Assembly: GCF_009914755.1 (NCBI RefSeq)
Contig: NC_060942.1
DNA length: 64,000 nucleotides
DNA from: the human T2T-CHM13v2.0 reference genome, Homo sapiens
Strand: one strand, 5' to 3'
Numbering within the stretch: position 1 is the stretch's first letter; the number at the start of each line of letters is the position of its first letter. The notes under the pieces were generated by a model. That model was given only the letters and a program-made list of their open reading frames with translations, searched no databases and was not told the DNA's origin. A program made the position numbers and the translations under genes. Positions 1-14,000 of the stretch are shown piece by piece.

Positions 1-589
1 AAGAGTTAATCATAAAATGTAACATAAAGAGAAATACAAGTTTTGATTTAAAACTAAATGACCAAAAAATGTTGTAAGCAGAAATCTTAGAATGCAGAAA
101 GGGCTTTATAAAAAAATTTTCATTGGCAAACAGGATAGATTCTAATATAGCCAACTTATATATTAGGTTCAAAGTCCACATGTAATGGAGAGCAAGCTAA
201 TCTTAGTACACCCTTTCTTTCTTTACAAGCAAATATAAATTGCACGGCAACCACAAAGAGGAGTTCTAGGTAAAATTGTGCATGAAACATTTACTAAAAG
301 TCAGTTCATAAAATGGAATTACCAAAAGGCCAGTTTGCTGAATGGCCAATTTATCAAAACTTTCCAAATGTTAAACCAAATCTAGGATATATTATTGCAG
401 TCATTTTTCTGAAGCAAACTTCGTTTGGAGAACTGATTTTTGGACAAATGGTATACTTATACAGGCTGGAAGGCCCGGGAAACCTGTGCAAAATGTAAAT
501 GTTTAATCAAAATCTCTAGCTTTGACTTTAATTTGTAAATGTTTGATCTGAACGTTTAACACGAATATAATAATCAGCAGTAGTAGTGC

Positions 590-750
590 TGCTATTTATG
601 TTGCACACGTTGTTCTTTATATTTTATCACAACTATGAATTAGCTACAAATTTGCAAACAATTTATAGATGAAGAAATTGAGGCACAGAGAAGTTAAATC
701 ATTTTCCCTGCTATTATATACTAGAACCGGTAGTCATATGAAGTCATCCA
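590..750 (-). mobile_element. MIR SINE remnant
   Basis: Core 'atagatgaagaaattgaggcacagagaagttaaat' is the reverse-strand MIR core. Confidence 0.7.
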
Positions 751-1092
751 GACTCGAGGAAACAATATATTTGAATAGGAAGAATTACCCTGGTTTCATA
801 AATGACATCTTGGCATCAGCAAAGGAGTTTCTATTATTAACGAACAAGACTATCCTGGTAGACTAATAAATTGGCATTCTGATTCTTATATCAGGCTTGG
901 TGGTTTTGGCTGTGGTGTCTTTCCTTTATCAAAGACTGGGTCATGCTTGGGCACACTGAGTAGCACTAGCTCTTCATTAAGTCAGTAAGGAAATGCCACT
1001 GTGTCAGATCCATGGACAATCAGCCACATAGACTTCTCTTAGTTGCATGCCCTCTCTCAATACATTATGTTTACTCCAATTCTAAATTCTAA

Positions 1093-1093
1093 T

Positions 1094-1131
<38 letters not shown>
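1093..1131. repeat. (TG)n microsatellite
   Basis: Seen directly. Confidence 0.95.
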
Positions 1132-1134
<3 letters not shown>

Positions 1135-1299
1135 CAAAAATAAGAGACTTCAATGTGGACTGACATTATCAGTGATAACAATGTGGACTTGTTACTAGTG
1201 TTGATCATATACAAATACATACATATATATATACACACGTTGATAGATGATACAGATATCTATTAGATACACTATATTTACTTTCTGTGATGTCATAGT

Positions 1300-1545
1300 A
1301 TTTTAGAGGATATTCTCAGAAGCCAGACTTCCTAGATTCAGGTCCATATTCTGCCAGTTATTAGATATGCTACCTTAAGCAAGTTACCTCAACTTACTGT
1401 GCCTCAGTTTCTTTATCTATACAATGGAAATAAAAATTGTGCTGCTCTCACAGAGTCACATGTGGAGTGAGGGCGTGTACTATATTTAAAGTATCTAGAA
1501 CAATGTCAGGTACATGATAAGCACAATAAAATGGTTTAATATTAC
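1300..1545 (+). mobile_element. MIR SINE
   Basis: 'accttaagcaagttacctcaacttactgtgcctcagtttctttatctatacaatgg' core plus 3' end 'tagaacaatgtcaggtacatgataagcacaataaaatgg'. Confidence 0.8.
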
Positions 1546-3189
1546 TATATGGAATATACAATACATTCTACAGTATATAAAATTATGCACATTTATTACA
1601 GTATATGAACATATACAACAAAATATAACACATTTCAATATAATGGTAAAGGCAAACAAAATGTGTTACTAAAGTAGCTGTGTGTTTACATAAACATATA
1701 AACAGTCTTTATAAGTATTTGTTATAAAGGTCACAAAAAGCTAACTATAAGTAATCTAGTAAAATATCATTTATATGGCATATAAATATGTAAAATGTAT
1801 ATGTATATGAGGATATGTATGTGTGTGTGTATTTATGTTTAAAGAAGAGCTAAATATAAATATTCAAGTCACAGCCTCTGTTCTATGAAATGGTTGTAAA
1901 AACAGCCACAGCATATTATGGAAAATCAATATATTTTTTATCACCACTAAAATGTATGCTGACACTCTTGCCAGCATACATTTTAATAAATTCAGATGAG
2001 AGATTAAAATGTTTATGTAACCAAATGTATACTTATGTATTTTTGTAATTAAAAAAACCATGTTAAATTATTTACCATCATAAGTGGCTTAATGATTGAG
2101 AATATTTTAAATATTTTCCTCCACTACTACATATGAAATATAATTCATTTTCACAATTACATTCCTTATTAGAATTCAATTGTTATACTTTTGTTAAGAG
2201 CTTTAATGAGACTAAGTGCATGTATTCATTCTGTATATTCTAGTTTAGTTAATAATTGATTAAATTATTGTTTTTAATAAAAGTTAGCAGAGGTATATGA
2301 AATATAAGCTTGTGCTTTTTTACCAACATAGATAAAATACTAATTACACTAGGAAGAAACTACTGAAGGCTTCTAAGAATAAAGAATCAGAAAACTTGAC
2401 TGATCTGATATTAAGTATTTTATTCATGATTATCTCTAGACCATTCATCTAATTCCTTTCCTCTATGAAAATCTATTTTGTTTGACAACCAGAAAAAAAC
2501 TCTCCACATCATACTGTGTGAGCTTATTTCTTACATGACTAAAATCTCATGATAATGAAAGTCATGGCCAGAGACCATAGTAATTCTGCCTCCTTGAAAC
2601 TTAATGTTTTAATATTAGAACAATTTAACTGTAACAAATAATTTTCTTTTCAGTCTTTTCCCTTTTAAACACGGCACTTATTTATTTCTCAAAACCTTTG
2701 TTATTGAGCTTTTATTTCTATCTTCAGAAGTTGCTTGAAATGGAGACCCCTAATCTGCTCCATATTTCATTTTAGTTTTCAAGTTCCAGATATTATCTAT
2801 AAAGGGTCTCTACCATGTACCTCCTGATTTCGCCTGCTATTGTCCTGCCTGATTAGTTCAAAATTGCATTTTGCCATTTCCTAAACTATGTAGTAATAGT
2901 CTCCCAGTTAACTTATCCACATCCAATTTCTCTACACCAGTCCTGCCTATTAACAATTGCCAAATTAATCTTCCCATTTCTGAACATGTCACTTCTCTGC
3001 TTATAAATTTGCAGCCCTATCCATTGTTTATCAAATAATGTGTATGCTATTCAATCAAATATTTACGGTTTCCCATAAGACTGCTTAAAAACCACTCCCA
3101 CCAATCTTCTCTTCTGTTGATTTTTTAAAACTTATCATCTGCTCAAATCAAATCAAAGCTTACATTATCAGCATCTCTATGAAATTCAT

Positions 3190-3300
3190 CATCTCAAATC
3201 TCAGTGTGCATGAGTGTAGATCCTGTTAAAAATTCATATCCCCAGGTCCCACATATCAGACCTAGAATTAGAATCTTTGGGGTGGTGTCCTGCAACATGT
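3190..3300. mobile_element. MER5-like hAT-Charlie fragment
   Basis: 'tgttaaaaattcatatccccaggtcccac...cagacc...agaatctttggggtgg' resembles MER5. Confidence 0.5.
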
Positions 3301-3339
3301 AGCTCAATGAGCTATTTAATGCTGGCTATCTGCCCAGTC

Positions 3340-3555
3340 CAGTGCTGTTCAAGAAAACATTGTGCAATGATGGAATTGCTCTATAATATTCTCTATTCAA
3401 TAAGGTAAATACTAGTCGTATGTGGCTGTTGAACATTTGAAATGTGGTTAGTGTGACTTAAGACCTGAATTTTTAGTTTTAATTAATTTTAATTAATGTT
3501 CAGTTAAACTTATACATTCACATGTGACTAATGACTACCATCTTAGGCAGTGCAT
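3340..3555 (+). mobile_element. MER3 hAT-Charlie MITE
   Basis: Starts cagtgctgttcaa and ends ggcagtgca; internal 'tgtggctgttgaacatttgaaatgtggttagtgtgact' follows the MER3 consensus. Confidence 0.8.
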
Positions 3556-3920
3556 AACTGACAATCCTTTGTTGTGAAATCTTGAAAATATACTCAGTCA
3601 TTCACTACTAGCAATACAGTAAACATCTTAATAGATAAATTGTTGTTTCATATATCACATTCCTTAGGATAAATTTCTAGTCAAGTAATATAAATATATT
3701 TGAAAAGTTTTTAATAATTATCATCAAATCATCCCCCAGAAAGTTTGTTCGAGTTTAAACCCTCACCAACAGTTTATAAGAAGGTCAAATGATCTCATAT
3801 TGGATACAGTATTTTGTAAAATCTTTCTCAATGCAGTAAGCCTCAAATAACAAGTTAATTCATTAAAATTTTATTTTGGTTAATAAAGGAGGTTGGGGTT
3901 TTTTTTATGGATATTGACCA

Positions 3921-4497
3921 TGTAGTGGATAATTTCCAAAGATGGCTACCATGGATCCCTTCCCCTCCCCACTGCCCCTTACATGCATGCTGCTCCTTAG
4001 ATCAAGGAACAGTATTTCTCTCTCCTCCCCTTGAAACTAGGCTGGTTTTGTTATTTGCTTTGGTCAATAGAAATATGGCAGAAGTGATGCTGTGTCAGTC
4101 CCAGAACAACAGGGAGCTTCCACTTCCTGTCTCTTGGAAGCCAGCTGCCATACAATAAAGCTGTCAGTTAAGAAGTCTTACTACCCTGAGACCAGCACAC
4201 TGTGAGGAAGCATAAGCCAGCCACATGGAGAGTGAGAGGTCACGTAAAGGAGCATAAAGGAGCATCAAGGAACCGGGTACTTAAGTGAGGTTTTCTTGGA
4301 CTATCCAGCCAGGTCCAGCTACCAATTGAATGTCACTGAGTAAATGATCCTAGCCTATGCCAGAAGTAACAAAATAAATCACCCAGAGGTTCTTGGCTAA
4401 CTGCTTAACCCATAGAATAATGAGTATTAATAAATCATTTTTGTATTAAGACACTAAGTTTTAGGGGTGGTACATAGCAAAAGAAAACTGAAAAACA
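3921..4497 (+). mobile_element. MLT1-family (MaLR) solo LTR
   Basis: TG...CA ends; 'ctccccttgaaactaggctgg', 'tggcagaagtgatgctgtg', and 3' 'aataaatc...taagttttagggg...catagcaaaagaaaactgaaaaaca'. Confidence 0.8.
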
Positions 4498-4589
4498 TCT
4501 AATTTCTCCCCTTTGAGCTACACCATAGCATTCTATTTACATTGATTTGTTGCTTAAAAAAACAAATAGTTAATACTAATTTTAAGTGG

Positions 4590-4740
4590 ATGTGTTGCAC
4601 AGTAGGAAGATTTTGGGCTCCAAAGTTATTTAAACCTAGGTTCAAATATCCAATCTTCTCTCTACCAGTTTAATCATTAGGGCAAGTTTTATCAGCTAAA
4701 AACCTTGGTGCCCCATCTGCAAAATGGAGGTAGAGCAGCA
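4590..4740 (+). mobile_element. MIR remnant
   Basis: 'cctaggttcaaatatcc...gggcaagttt...ccccatctgcaaaatggagg'. Confidence 0.6.
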
Positions 4741-4926
4741 TGTCAGTGGTTCTAAGTAGTAAATTATTTACGGCCAGTTTCCTAAATTTTCCTGTGTGTT
4801 TTTTCTCTCCACATCAATTCTTTCTTTGATGTGTACATAAAAAGAGTAATTTAATAGAATTTTGATATTTGAACATGTTTTGACATTTTTCACAAGACAG
4901 TCTTAGCAAACTGTTTAAAAATATTA

Positions 4927-5229
<303 letters not shown>

Positions 5230-5239
5230 CTACGCATGC

Positions 5240-8180
5240 TTCGGTCCCTGATTACTTCAGTGTCTCTGGAAACATCCTGACCTGTCACTTTCATGAACTC
5301 TTCCCTAATGATCTGGTCTTCTGCCTTTCTTCAACCATTTTGCTCTCATAATCATGTTCTATGCATTTCATTACCAGCAACTGCACATCCTCCAAAACCT
5401 TGATTTTAAGCATCTCACTCTCTACACAACAGCTCAAATTTCCCAGCTCACTTGCTCTAGTATTGCATGTATTCTAGTATTCCGATGAAATTTCTATCCC
5501 ACTGATATTTATCACCCCTTGATTCTAACCCTCTAACCCTTTTGCATTGACCTCCCCTGCTCTCGCCCCACCTCTCTCATGATCTCACTTATATTCTTAT
5601 GTGGCTAGAATTCCATGGCTTGTCATTTTAATCATACCCTTATATAACACTTCTATTCTTTTGACAAGACCCAAAATGTGAGTAATTCTCTTTTTCCCTT
5701 ACTGTCTTCTACCCATGCCCCTATATAGCTGGACATAGAGATGAGCAATTATTTAAATGACTTTACTTGAAACTCAAAAGAGGTCCATTTTCCTGGTCAA
5801 TTCACTCCTCACTGTCTAGATTTCTACTTCTCACATCCTCTCCTCTTCTCAAACTTTCACCACCTTCTCAAACATCCTTAGTCTTGCTTTTTTTTTTTTT
5901 TTAACTGATGAATTAGGAGCAAACAGCAGAACAATTCCATAATCTCCACCACTATTTCCATTCGCCTACCTCTATCTGATCCCTCCTGTCTGTGCTCCAT
6001 TCTAAGGCCAACTTTTCCAATTTTGTACAAGAAATCCTACCTATTAATGCCAAGGATATTGCTTCATCAATTCTCCTTCCTCTTTTCTAAATCATTATTT
6101 TCCTCTGCTACATGAATCTCATCAACATGTAAATATGCTATAATTTCTCTGATTTTAGAAAAAAATATATAATAAAAAACTCCTGTTCCCATGCTCCCTC
6201 CATCTCCTACCTCTTTCCCCTGCTCCCCTTCATAGCAAACTCTTCAATGGCCTTGCTGCTGTCATCCTGAGCACCCCATAAAAACTGCTCTTGTAAAGAA
6301 CACCATTGACTTCCACCAGGCTAAACACAAATTTAATTTTCAGACTTCAGTATAATTGACTTATCACTTGATTTGACATAATACATTACTGTAGACATAT
6401 TGAAAAACCTTTTTCCAGTTTTATTCTAGTTCACAAACTCTCCTGCCTCTCCTAATACCCTGGGTGCTCTTTCTCAGTATCCTCTGTTGGTTCCTCCCTA
6501 TCTGCCAGATGTTATAACATTGGAATTTCCCAAATCAAAGTTATTGGGCTTTGTTTGTTCAGTCTACACTCACTACCTTGGTAGTATCTTCAGTCTCATG
6601 GCTTCACACACTATCTGCCGATGATGCTTGGCCTTATGTCTAGCTTAGTTCTTTGCTCTTAATTACACATGCCAACTGTCTAATTGACAAATCTACTTGA
6701 ATCTCTAATAAACCTCTTAAATATACTTGAATTTCTAATGAAGAGCTCACATGAACTTCTAGTATCATTCCTCAAATGTTTTCTACCCACAGTTTTTCTT
6801 ACACTAGTTAATACCAATTCTACCCTACTTGTTCAGATTAAAGACCTTGGAGCCATTACTACCTCTTGACTTTCATGCTTCACATCGAATCTGTCAGCAA
6901 AACTTAAAATCTATTCATAATTTCACCTCTTTTCACTACCTAAACCACTGTCTTTGATCCAAGCCACTATTATCTTCTTTCCTGAAACATCCATCAGAAG
7001 CTTTTGTTAAATCCAACTAAAATGTATACTCATAAGAGGACCATTGAAAACCCTTGGCATTAGCTTCTTCTAGAAACATGTAGCAAAGGAAACTCTTGCC
7101 AGTAGGGCAGCATCAGGTGTTTCTCTTCCATGGAAGCCCTTGCAGGGGCCATGTAGAAATTCACATAGTTAATTAGACATATTTTCTTTAGCTCTTCCTG
7201 TGATATAGCTCAGGTACAAGAAAGCAGTAATCATACTGGGTAGGTTGGAAACTTAGCAGAGAAGCCCCATGCCCCAAAAGAGACAAAAATCTCTTATCAC
7301 ACCACAGTTAATAACTTAAGGTCCTCACAAAGGACATGCCAATTGCAAAAATCATCCAACTCAAGGAAATCTGAAGATTCTAACCAGATATTTCTAGTCT
7401 TCTGATACAGTTTATCAATTGGAATCATTTTTGCCATAGGAACATTGCCTAGTAACAGAGTTATCATTTCAATGTTAGCAGTTTTGTGGAGCGCAAACTC
7501 CAAAAGTTATTCAAAGGCCAATTTCTCATGCAGGAAGGAATAGAGCTTTGTTAACTCCTTACCCACACTGATTTCTGTAATAACCTTCTACTGGTGTCCC
7601 TGCATCCAGTTTTTTTTTCCTCTTCAATCTATTCTCAGCCCCCATCATTATGTTAAAATATAAATCAGATCACATGACTTCTCTGCTCAAAACCTTCTAA
7701 TGGCTCCCCATATTACTCAGAGTAAAATTTAAAAGTTCTTAAAATGTAAGACTCTATATAACTTGGCTTTCCACTATCTCCTTAAACTCCTCTCCTATTT
7801 TCCTCTTCCTTGAACATTCTGTTCCAACCATGTTGACTGTCTTGCTGTTCCTGCAGCTACTAGATATATACCTGCCTCAGGAAGTTTTCACTATATCCCT
7901 CTGCTACATGCACACATTTCCTTCACTTCTATTCAAATGATACATTTTAATAAAGCCTTTTAAACTTGTGATTCCCTAGTTCTAAAGGGAGTCCCATGTC
8001 TGGCCTTCTTTATTTCTCTTAATAGCCTTTAGCATATTCTTATATACCTATGGCCATTATTTTCTTTATTATATGTTTACCCCCACAAAAGACAAAGATT
8101 TTTCTCAATTTATTCACTGTTTTTCTTCAGGAGGACCAGATACATGTAAGTACTGAATAAATATTGGTTGAACTTATTGG
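5240..8180 (+). mobile_element. Degraded L2 LINE, interrupted at about 6986-7567
   Basis: L2 motifs 'catggcttcacacactatctgccgatgatg', 'aaatcagatcacatgacttctctgctcaaaaccttctaatggctcccc' and 3' end 'tactgaataaatattggttgaa'. Confidence 0.7.
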
Positions 8181-9893
8181 ATTAATGCTTATTCAAATTT
8201 AAATATAATTTGTTAGACAGGAATATTTCACTTACATTCCATTTTAATGTGACTTCCTTTACTTAACCTCTTTTTCATCTTTCAATAAACACAATTTTCT
8301 AAAAATTTTGCAAATAATCTAACTAGTCATTTATCTAAATATTTTAAGGAAGCGTGACATCCAATTTAGTATTTTCAAAATGTAAGGATAAGAGTTATTT
8401 TTCTAATCTAGTTATAAATTTTAAAGGATCTATTTCTTTTGTGTAAAATACTTATGATTTTTTAGAAGCCAGAAGGGATCAGCATATGTGGGCGCATTGT
8501 TGGCACAAAGTGGATCTTCTTACATTTTGGCCTAGTAATAAACATATCAACATCTAAATGAGCTTCCTACAAATAATCTGACAGCTCTAACTAGTTAATG
8601 AGACATTTAAAAATTTTTTTCAACTATATAATGAATCATGAAGATAGTTTTTTTTTATCATTCTCAGGGATGGAAGGACATTAGTATTTTCTTAATTGTC
8701 ATTGATATCTTTAACCCAATGATTTTATTACTATTTATTCAATTATTTATATGTAGCCATATGGCAATATAAAATCCAATATTGCCACTGCACTAATATG
8801 AATTTTTGTATGGAGTATACCCTGAATAACATCTATTGAGATCAAACAATTTTATAAATATAGCTTGGAGGTTAAAACTGCTTAAATACAGAGGAAAACT
8901 AAAAACTTGATTTGAGTTTTATGAATAAAGTAAGTTCAACAAAGTAATTTTAAAAGAATGCAATCATAGCTTAGCAAATAATTCTGTATTTGAAAAACAA
9001 ACATTTAACCTCATTTCCTGTTTTAGAGAAATTTCAAGAAGATAATTTATTAGCCTGAGGACCTGAACCTGTTTCTAATATAAATAACCTGAATGCATCT
9101 ATTGAGTATTAACTAGTCAACAAGGATGTACTAAGCACCTATTGTATATCTGCTATTGTTATTTATTTTGGAGAATATAAACCATACATATATAACTTAG
9201 TCCCTGCTTTGACATAGCTTCAACCAAAATGGCTAGCTAACTAGAATCCTACAGAGTATTTAAGAAATATGTTTTTAGTGTCTATACATGCAGCATGTTG
9301 CTAAATTTTCACTATACAAATTAAATAGGATAACTTAAAACATCAAAACACTTCTAATTAAGAATGACCACAGATTGTCTCTAGGAAATGCACAGAAGTA
9401 AATAAATAATATATAGAATAGCAGTTAATTAAAAAATAACTTTAAAATTTACATAAGGTTTGAATGATGGAGAAATGATAATACTTGAAATACCCATTAA
9501 CTCTACTTTTCTGATTGCCATGCAAAATAGCCTTAGTACTTAAATTTCCTTAGAATCTCAATTATTTCGGATACTTTACTGTGAACTTACCCCCTCTGAA
9601 CTTTGTAGCACTTTACCAAGGCCAGCTCAGTGATGGTCTACTAAGGAAAATGTAGCTTTCTTGGGAACAAACAAATTCCCACATAACACTAAGACAGAGG
9701 TGTTAAGCAGGGGCTCTGTATTGTGGACTAGGAGTTTCTGCTCACTTTTCCCATCTGTGCAACTGTGGTGAGATTCATTCATTAAAAAATAAATTACTGT
9801 CTTCAAAATGCCATCATGCTTAATATGATAGTCATGGTTATCAAGCTTCGTTCCAATTTGTAAGTAATACAAATGTAGATGTTTTTATTTTAC

Positions 9894-10006
9894 CTCATCT
9901 TGCTGTGAGTTTAGCAGCTGCAGCTTCATGTGTTTCATGTAGGCCATGGTAATTGGCATGTTGTAGTCAATCATGCTGGTCACCAAAGTGGGAGGTTTTC
10001 CATTAT
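9894..10006 (-). CDS. NOL4: NOL4 coding exon (likely exon 4), 113 nt, phase 1-0: (D)NGKPPTLVTSMIDYNMPITMAYMKHMKLQLLNSQQDE
   Basis: Acceptor TTTTATTACAG|AT completes the split GAT codon. Donor GAG|GTAAAA. Peptide matches recalled NOL4. Confidence 0.95.
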
Positions 10007-10895
10007 CTGTAATAAAACATTTTTAATGGGTAATGAAAGTAATACTGCATTCTACCTGTAATTTTAAAATGATCTATTTCTCCAAATTGAAACAGGATTT
10101 TAGATATCAAGTGTCTTAAAGCATGGTAGCATTATAGTTGGACGGTAGAAAAAACAACTAGTAAGGTTCTACAAAGGTGTATTGACACTGTTTAACAGTA
10201 CTAATAAATTATTTATAAATGCAGGGGAACTTTTAAACATCCTGAATAACAATAAATAAACCTAATGTGGTTACTAACACAATTATTTGTATTTTTCTTC
10301 TTTGCTTTACTTTCTATATGTATTTTTTGAATGCCGAAGGAAATCTGCTCAATTTTTTGCTTTTGGCCATTCGATTTAACCTTCGAGACACAGGAATGAG
10401 CCAGCAAAAAATGTATCTCTGAGACTGATATAATCTCTGAGAGGAAGTCATATTTAGCTAAATAATTTTCAATAATTTTAATGAGAGCTAAATCCAAATC
10501 ATAATTTTAATGTAAAATTTTTTAGTAAAGAAACTCCACATTATTCATAATTTTTAGAAATAAGGAATTGGTAGATTTAAAAAGACATTGATAGAAACCA
10601 ATTTCCTTGCTGAATATATCTAAAATAGCATGAAATACATATAATAAATGAAAATTAAAACATGATTACAGGGAAAAATGTTATTTGCCACAGCTGAAAC
10701 TGTCTTTCTTCTAAGAATGGGCACTGAATTACTTTGTAAGTGGATATTCAAAATTCACTGCCTCCTACTTGAATAAATGAGATGATCTGACTTGTTGAAC
10801 TGTTTCAGTCTACCACGTTTTTATAAAAATGTGAGATACAAATGGCCATTATGAATAAAATTACTTTAAATCTCACTATTTGACACTGCAGCTAC

Positions 10896-11007
10896 CTTTA
10901 TGATCTGTTCCATCTGGGTTTAAATGCATTCTTTTCTGGCACTCTGAGCAGCTCATTAGAAATCGTGTCACCGCTTCTCTTGGTAGGAAGGCATAGCTCT
11001 CTGAAAT
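10896..11007 (-). CDS. NOL4: NOL4 coding exon (likely exon 3), 112 nt, phase 0-1: ISESYAFLPREAVTRFLMSCSECQKRMHLNPDGTDHK(D)
   Basis: Manual translation continues the previous exon in frame. Acceptor CATTTCAG|ATT, donor AAG|GTAGCT. Not in the ORF track. Confidence 0.95.
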
Positions 11008-14000
11008 CTGAAATGATTCACAAAATACAGGTGTTATTATATAAGCTCACTGAGCATGATTTAACAGAAATGATCATTGTATTTCCAAATAAGACACGTT
11101 ATTCCATAATGGCAGGAAGCACAATGAAAGCATGCATTGCATACCATGCATCATTTCAAGAAATATCTATCAAACTTGATTAGATGTCTTTTAATAAAAG
11201 CCAATAATGCCATGTGGAGACAAAAATCAACCACATCTCGATGGGCATCTGTTTATATTTTGCATTTCTTTTAGGTAAAATAATCACAGTGTACAGATGT
11301 CCTAGTGAATTTTCCTTATTATTAAACATTGCCAACATTGTTTTTAAACTTACTGCTAGCACAATCAAATTTGTATCCAATTTTAAATACTCTTTTTTGT
11401 AATTTAGCCCCAAGTAGGAGCAATAAACTCTGGATTTTGCACAATGAACATTTCTTCATTGTTGCTTTTCAAAATATTTTAAGTGAGAATAAAAAATAAA
11501 TTCAAACAGAACTTATGTATATATTTACTGCAGTGAATCATCCCTTCCACAGAAAATGACACATCTGGAAATGCATTTAGGCCACCTATTTCATTCATTT
11601 TATGTCAATTTTTTATAATGTATGTCCATAATAGCTCACACTGACTGTCAGAGCAAGCCTTTTCTGTGGCCTATATAGAGCTTTGTTTTCAGAACCATGA
11701 TCTAGAATCAAGTTAGAAATCCATACTACCATTACAGTAATTTTATAAATATTAATTTTCTAAAACCAAGTTCTCTCATCAAAGCAAATAATTCCTTATG
11801 TGAAACTGATAGATAGTTGAATATCTTTAAATAAAAGCTGACAGTGACTCAGACAGTGCTACTAAGAAGTCTGATGCCGGGCTTCAGTTTTCCACCATAG
11901 CACTAACATTTTACATGAAATATAAGATAAGCAATAGGAATAAATGAGTTGCAAATAAGACATAAATGCCACAGATGATTTCTTAGGTGCATCTATAGCC
12001 CTTACAAACACTGATGTATTTTAAATTAGTAAAAATGAGGGGAAATGTGCAACAAATGTATAATTGAGTGCAAATGGGTGCTAGTTCTCTTAGTGGTGAT
12101 GGAGTCAACTTTGCTTAGCCAGGCTACAGAAGCCTAGCCTTGAGAAAACCCCATATACTAAGATCCAAAATTGTAAAGCTCATTTTTCTCTTAATTTAAT
12201 ATTAAAATCAGTTTATACCACATAGCCTATCCTATTGACTTTAAGGGAAAAGAAGCCATAAGAATACTGAAGAGGAGAAACAGGCTTACAATTAAAATCT
12301 GCCATTGATAATCCATATTCAGGTCATTAAAATTCAACACTCTTAGGGGTTGAAATATAGAACTCTTATTTTTAAATATTATATTGACAGAGTAAGATAT
12401 CCAGATTTCAAAAAATACTGCTTCAGACTATGCAGTTATTGTGTGAGGAAAATGATCAGAACAATTCTAAACTATTTTGTGAAAAATTTTATATTATTTA
12501 ATAAGAAAATATATATATAATTTAGGTTCTCATTCATTTTCTCTCTCTTTCCCTATAAACACACACAGCATATATGAATTTGAATCCTATTTTTCTGTTT
12601 TTACAGAGGGAATAAACACTTCTAACTGACTTATTTCATTAGAGATCATTATTTTCTTACTCTCTGAAGAAATATTTTATACTAATTCAGAAGAAAAAGT
12701 CTATAATGCATGCTTCATCCTTATATTTTATATTTCAAAGCATATCGAGTTATAGTCCATTAGAACTAATGCGTCTGACCAGTAAATTTATTATCAAGTA
12801 GGATTTTAGGTAAAGGCTCCATTGGTTTTTCTAGATTTCTATTAAATTTTTTATCTACTTTATAAAAGAGAAATATTTCATTGAAAGATAGGTAAGTGCT
12901 GGAGTTGGAGAGACACTCCATTGGCTTCCACGGTCCTGATACTTTCTGAAATCTTCTCTTTTCCCCATGCTAATGAAGCACTTGTGTAGAAAACCCTTCA
13001 GGATAGATTTATCATTGACCTGAATCAATCCTATGACTTGTCTAGCAGCATTTAGCCCCAAATCAATTTTTCTTGAAATTATTAATAATCATATCACATT
13101 AGTTTTATAGCTTTACTCTGAAAAATACTACATGTAATGGTCAAAAATGTTTGTGTTCATGTATACATGTGTGCATGAAATAATACAAAGCCCACTTTGT
13201 ATCTTAGAAAATATTTTTAAGCAAATATTTTATCATATTATTCTTTCCGGTATGGCTCTAACATAGTACTTGCCATGTCACTATCTATTACATAAGATAA
13301 AAGCGCTTATTTGGGAATAGTTTTCTTGGTGTTTAGAATTCATGTTATAGGGACACCTGCCATGGCATTCCACTCCCCTTGAATCTTTTCTTCCCCACCT
13401 CATATTCACTGGGGCCCACAGACCACAGAGTCCTCCTATGCACAGGGAAGAAAGATCCTCCAAGCAGGCTTTTCACATCTCATACTCATTTCTGAAAAAA
13501 AATATTTCTCCTGCAACGCACGTAAAGAAAAAAAAAAAAAAACTTTTTTCCCTATTCAGAATCTTTTCTCCCAGGCCTATTCGAAATTAAGAGTCCTGGA
13601 ATTTTCAGGAGTCACCAAGATGGTGAAATAGGAGTTTCCAGCATTTGTCCCCTCACAGAAACATGAACTTGAATAACCATCCATGCACAAAAATACCTTC
13701 ACAACAACTAAGGAATCCAAGTAAGTGATTACAGCACCTGAGTAGAGCATAGAAATAAGAAAAGACTCAATGAATAAGGTAGAAAAGACGGTTTCACATT
13801 ATATATGTCAACTCTCCCTCAAACCCATGCAGCACAACTTGGAGAAAGAAGTTCTCCACATGGTTGAAGGAGAGTGAAGTGAGCACTCAACTTCAGCTTC
13901 ACTTTGGACCCTAGCAACAGGCCCTCCATTACACTCGAGGCACCAAGTATTGAAGCCATTGAAGTTAAGTTGTTATCAGCTTAAAATAGTTTGTTATAAG

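Noticed and set aside
7297-7503. 68-aa ORF within the unidentified insert
   Set aside because: No recognisable motif and adjacent frames are closed; a pseudogene call cannot be supported without BLASTX.
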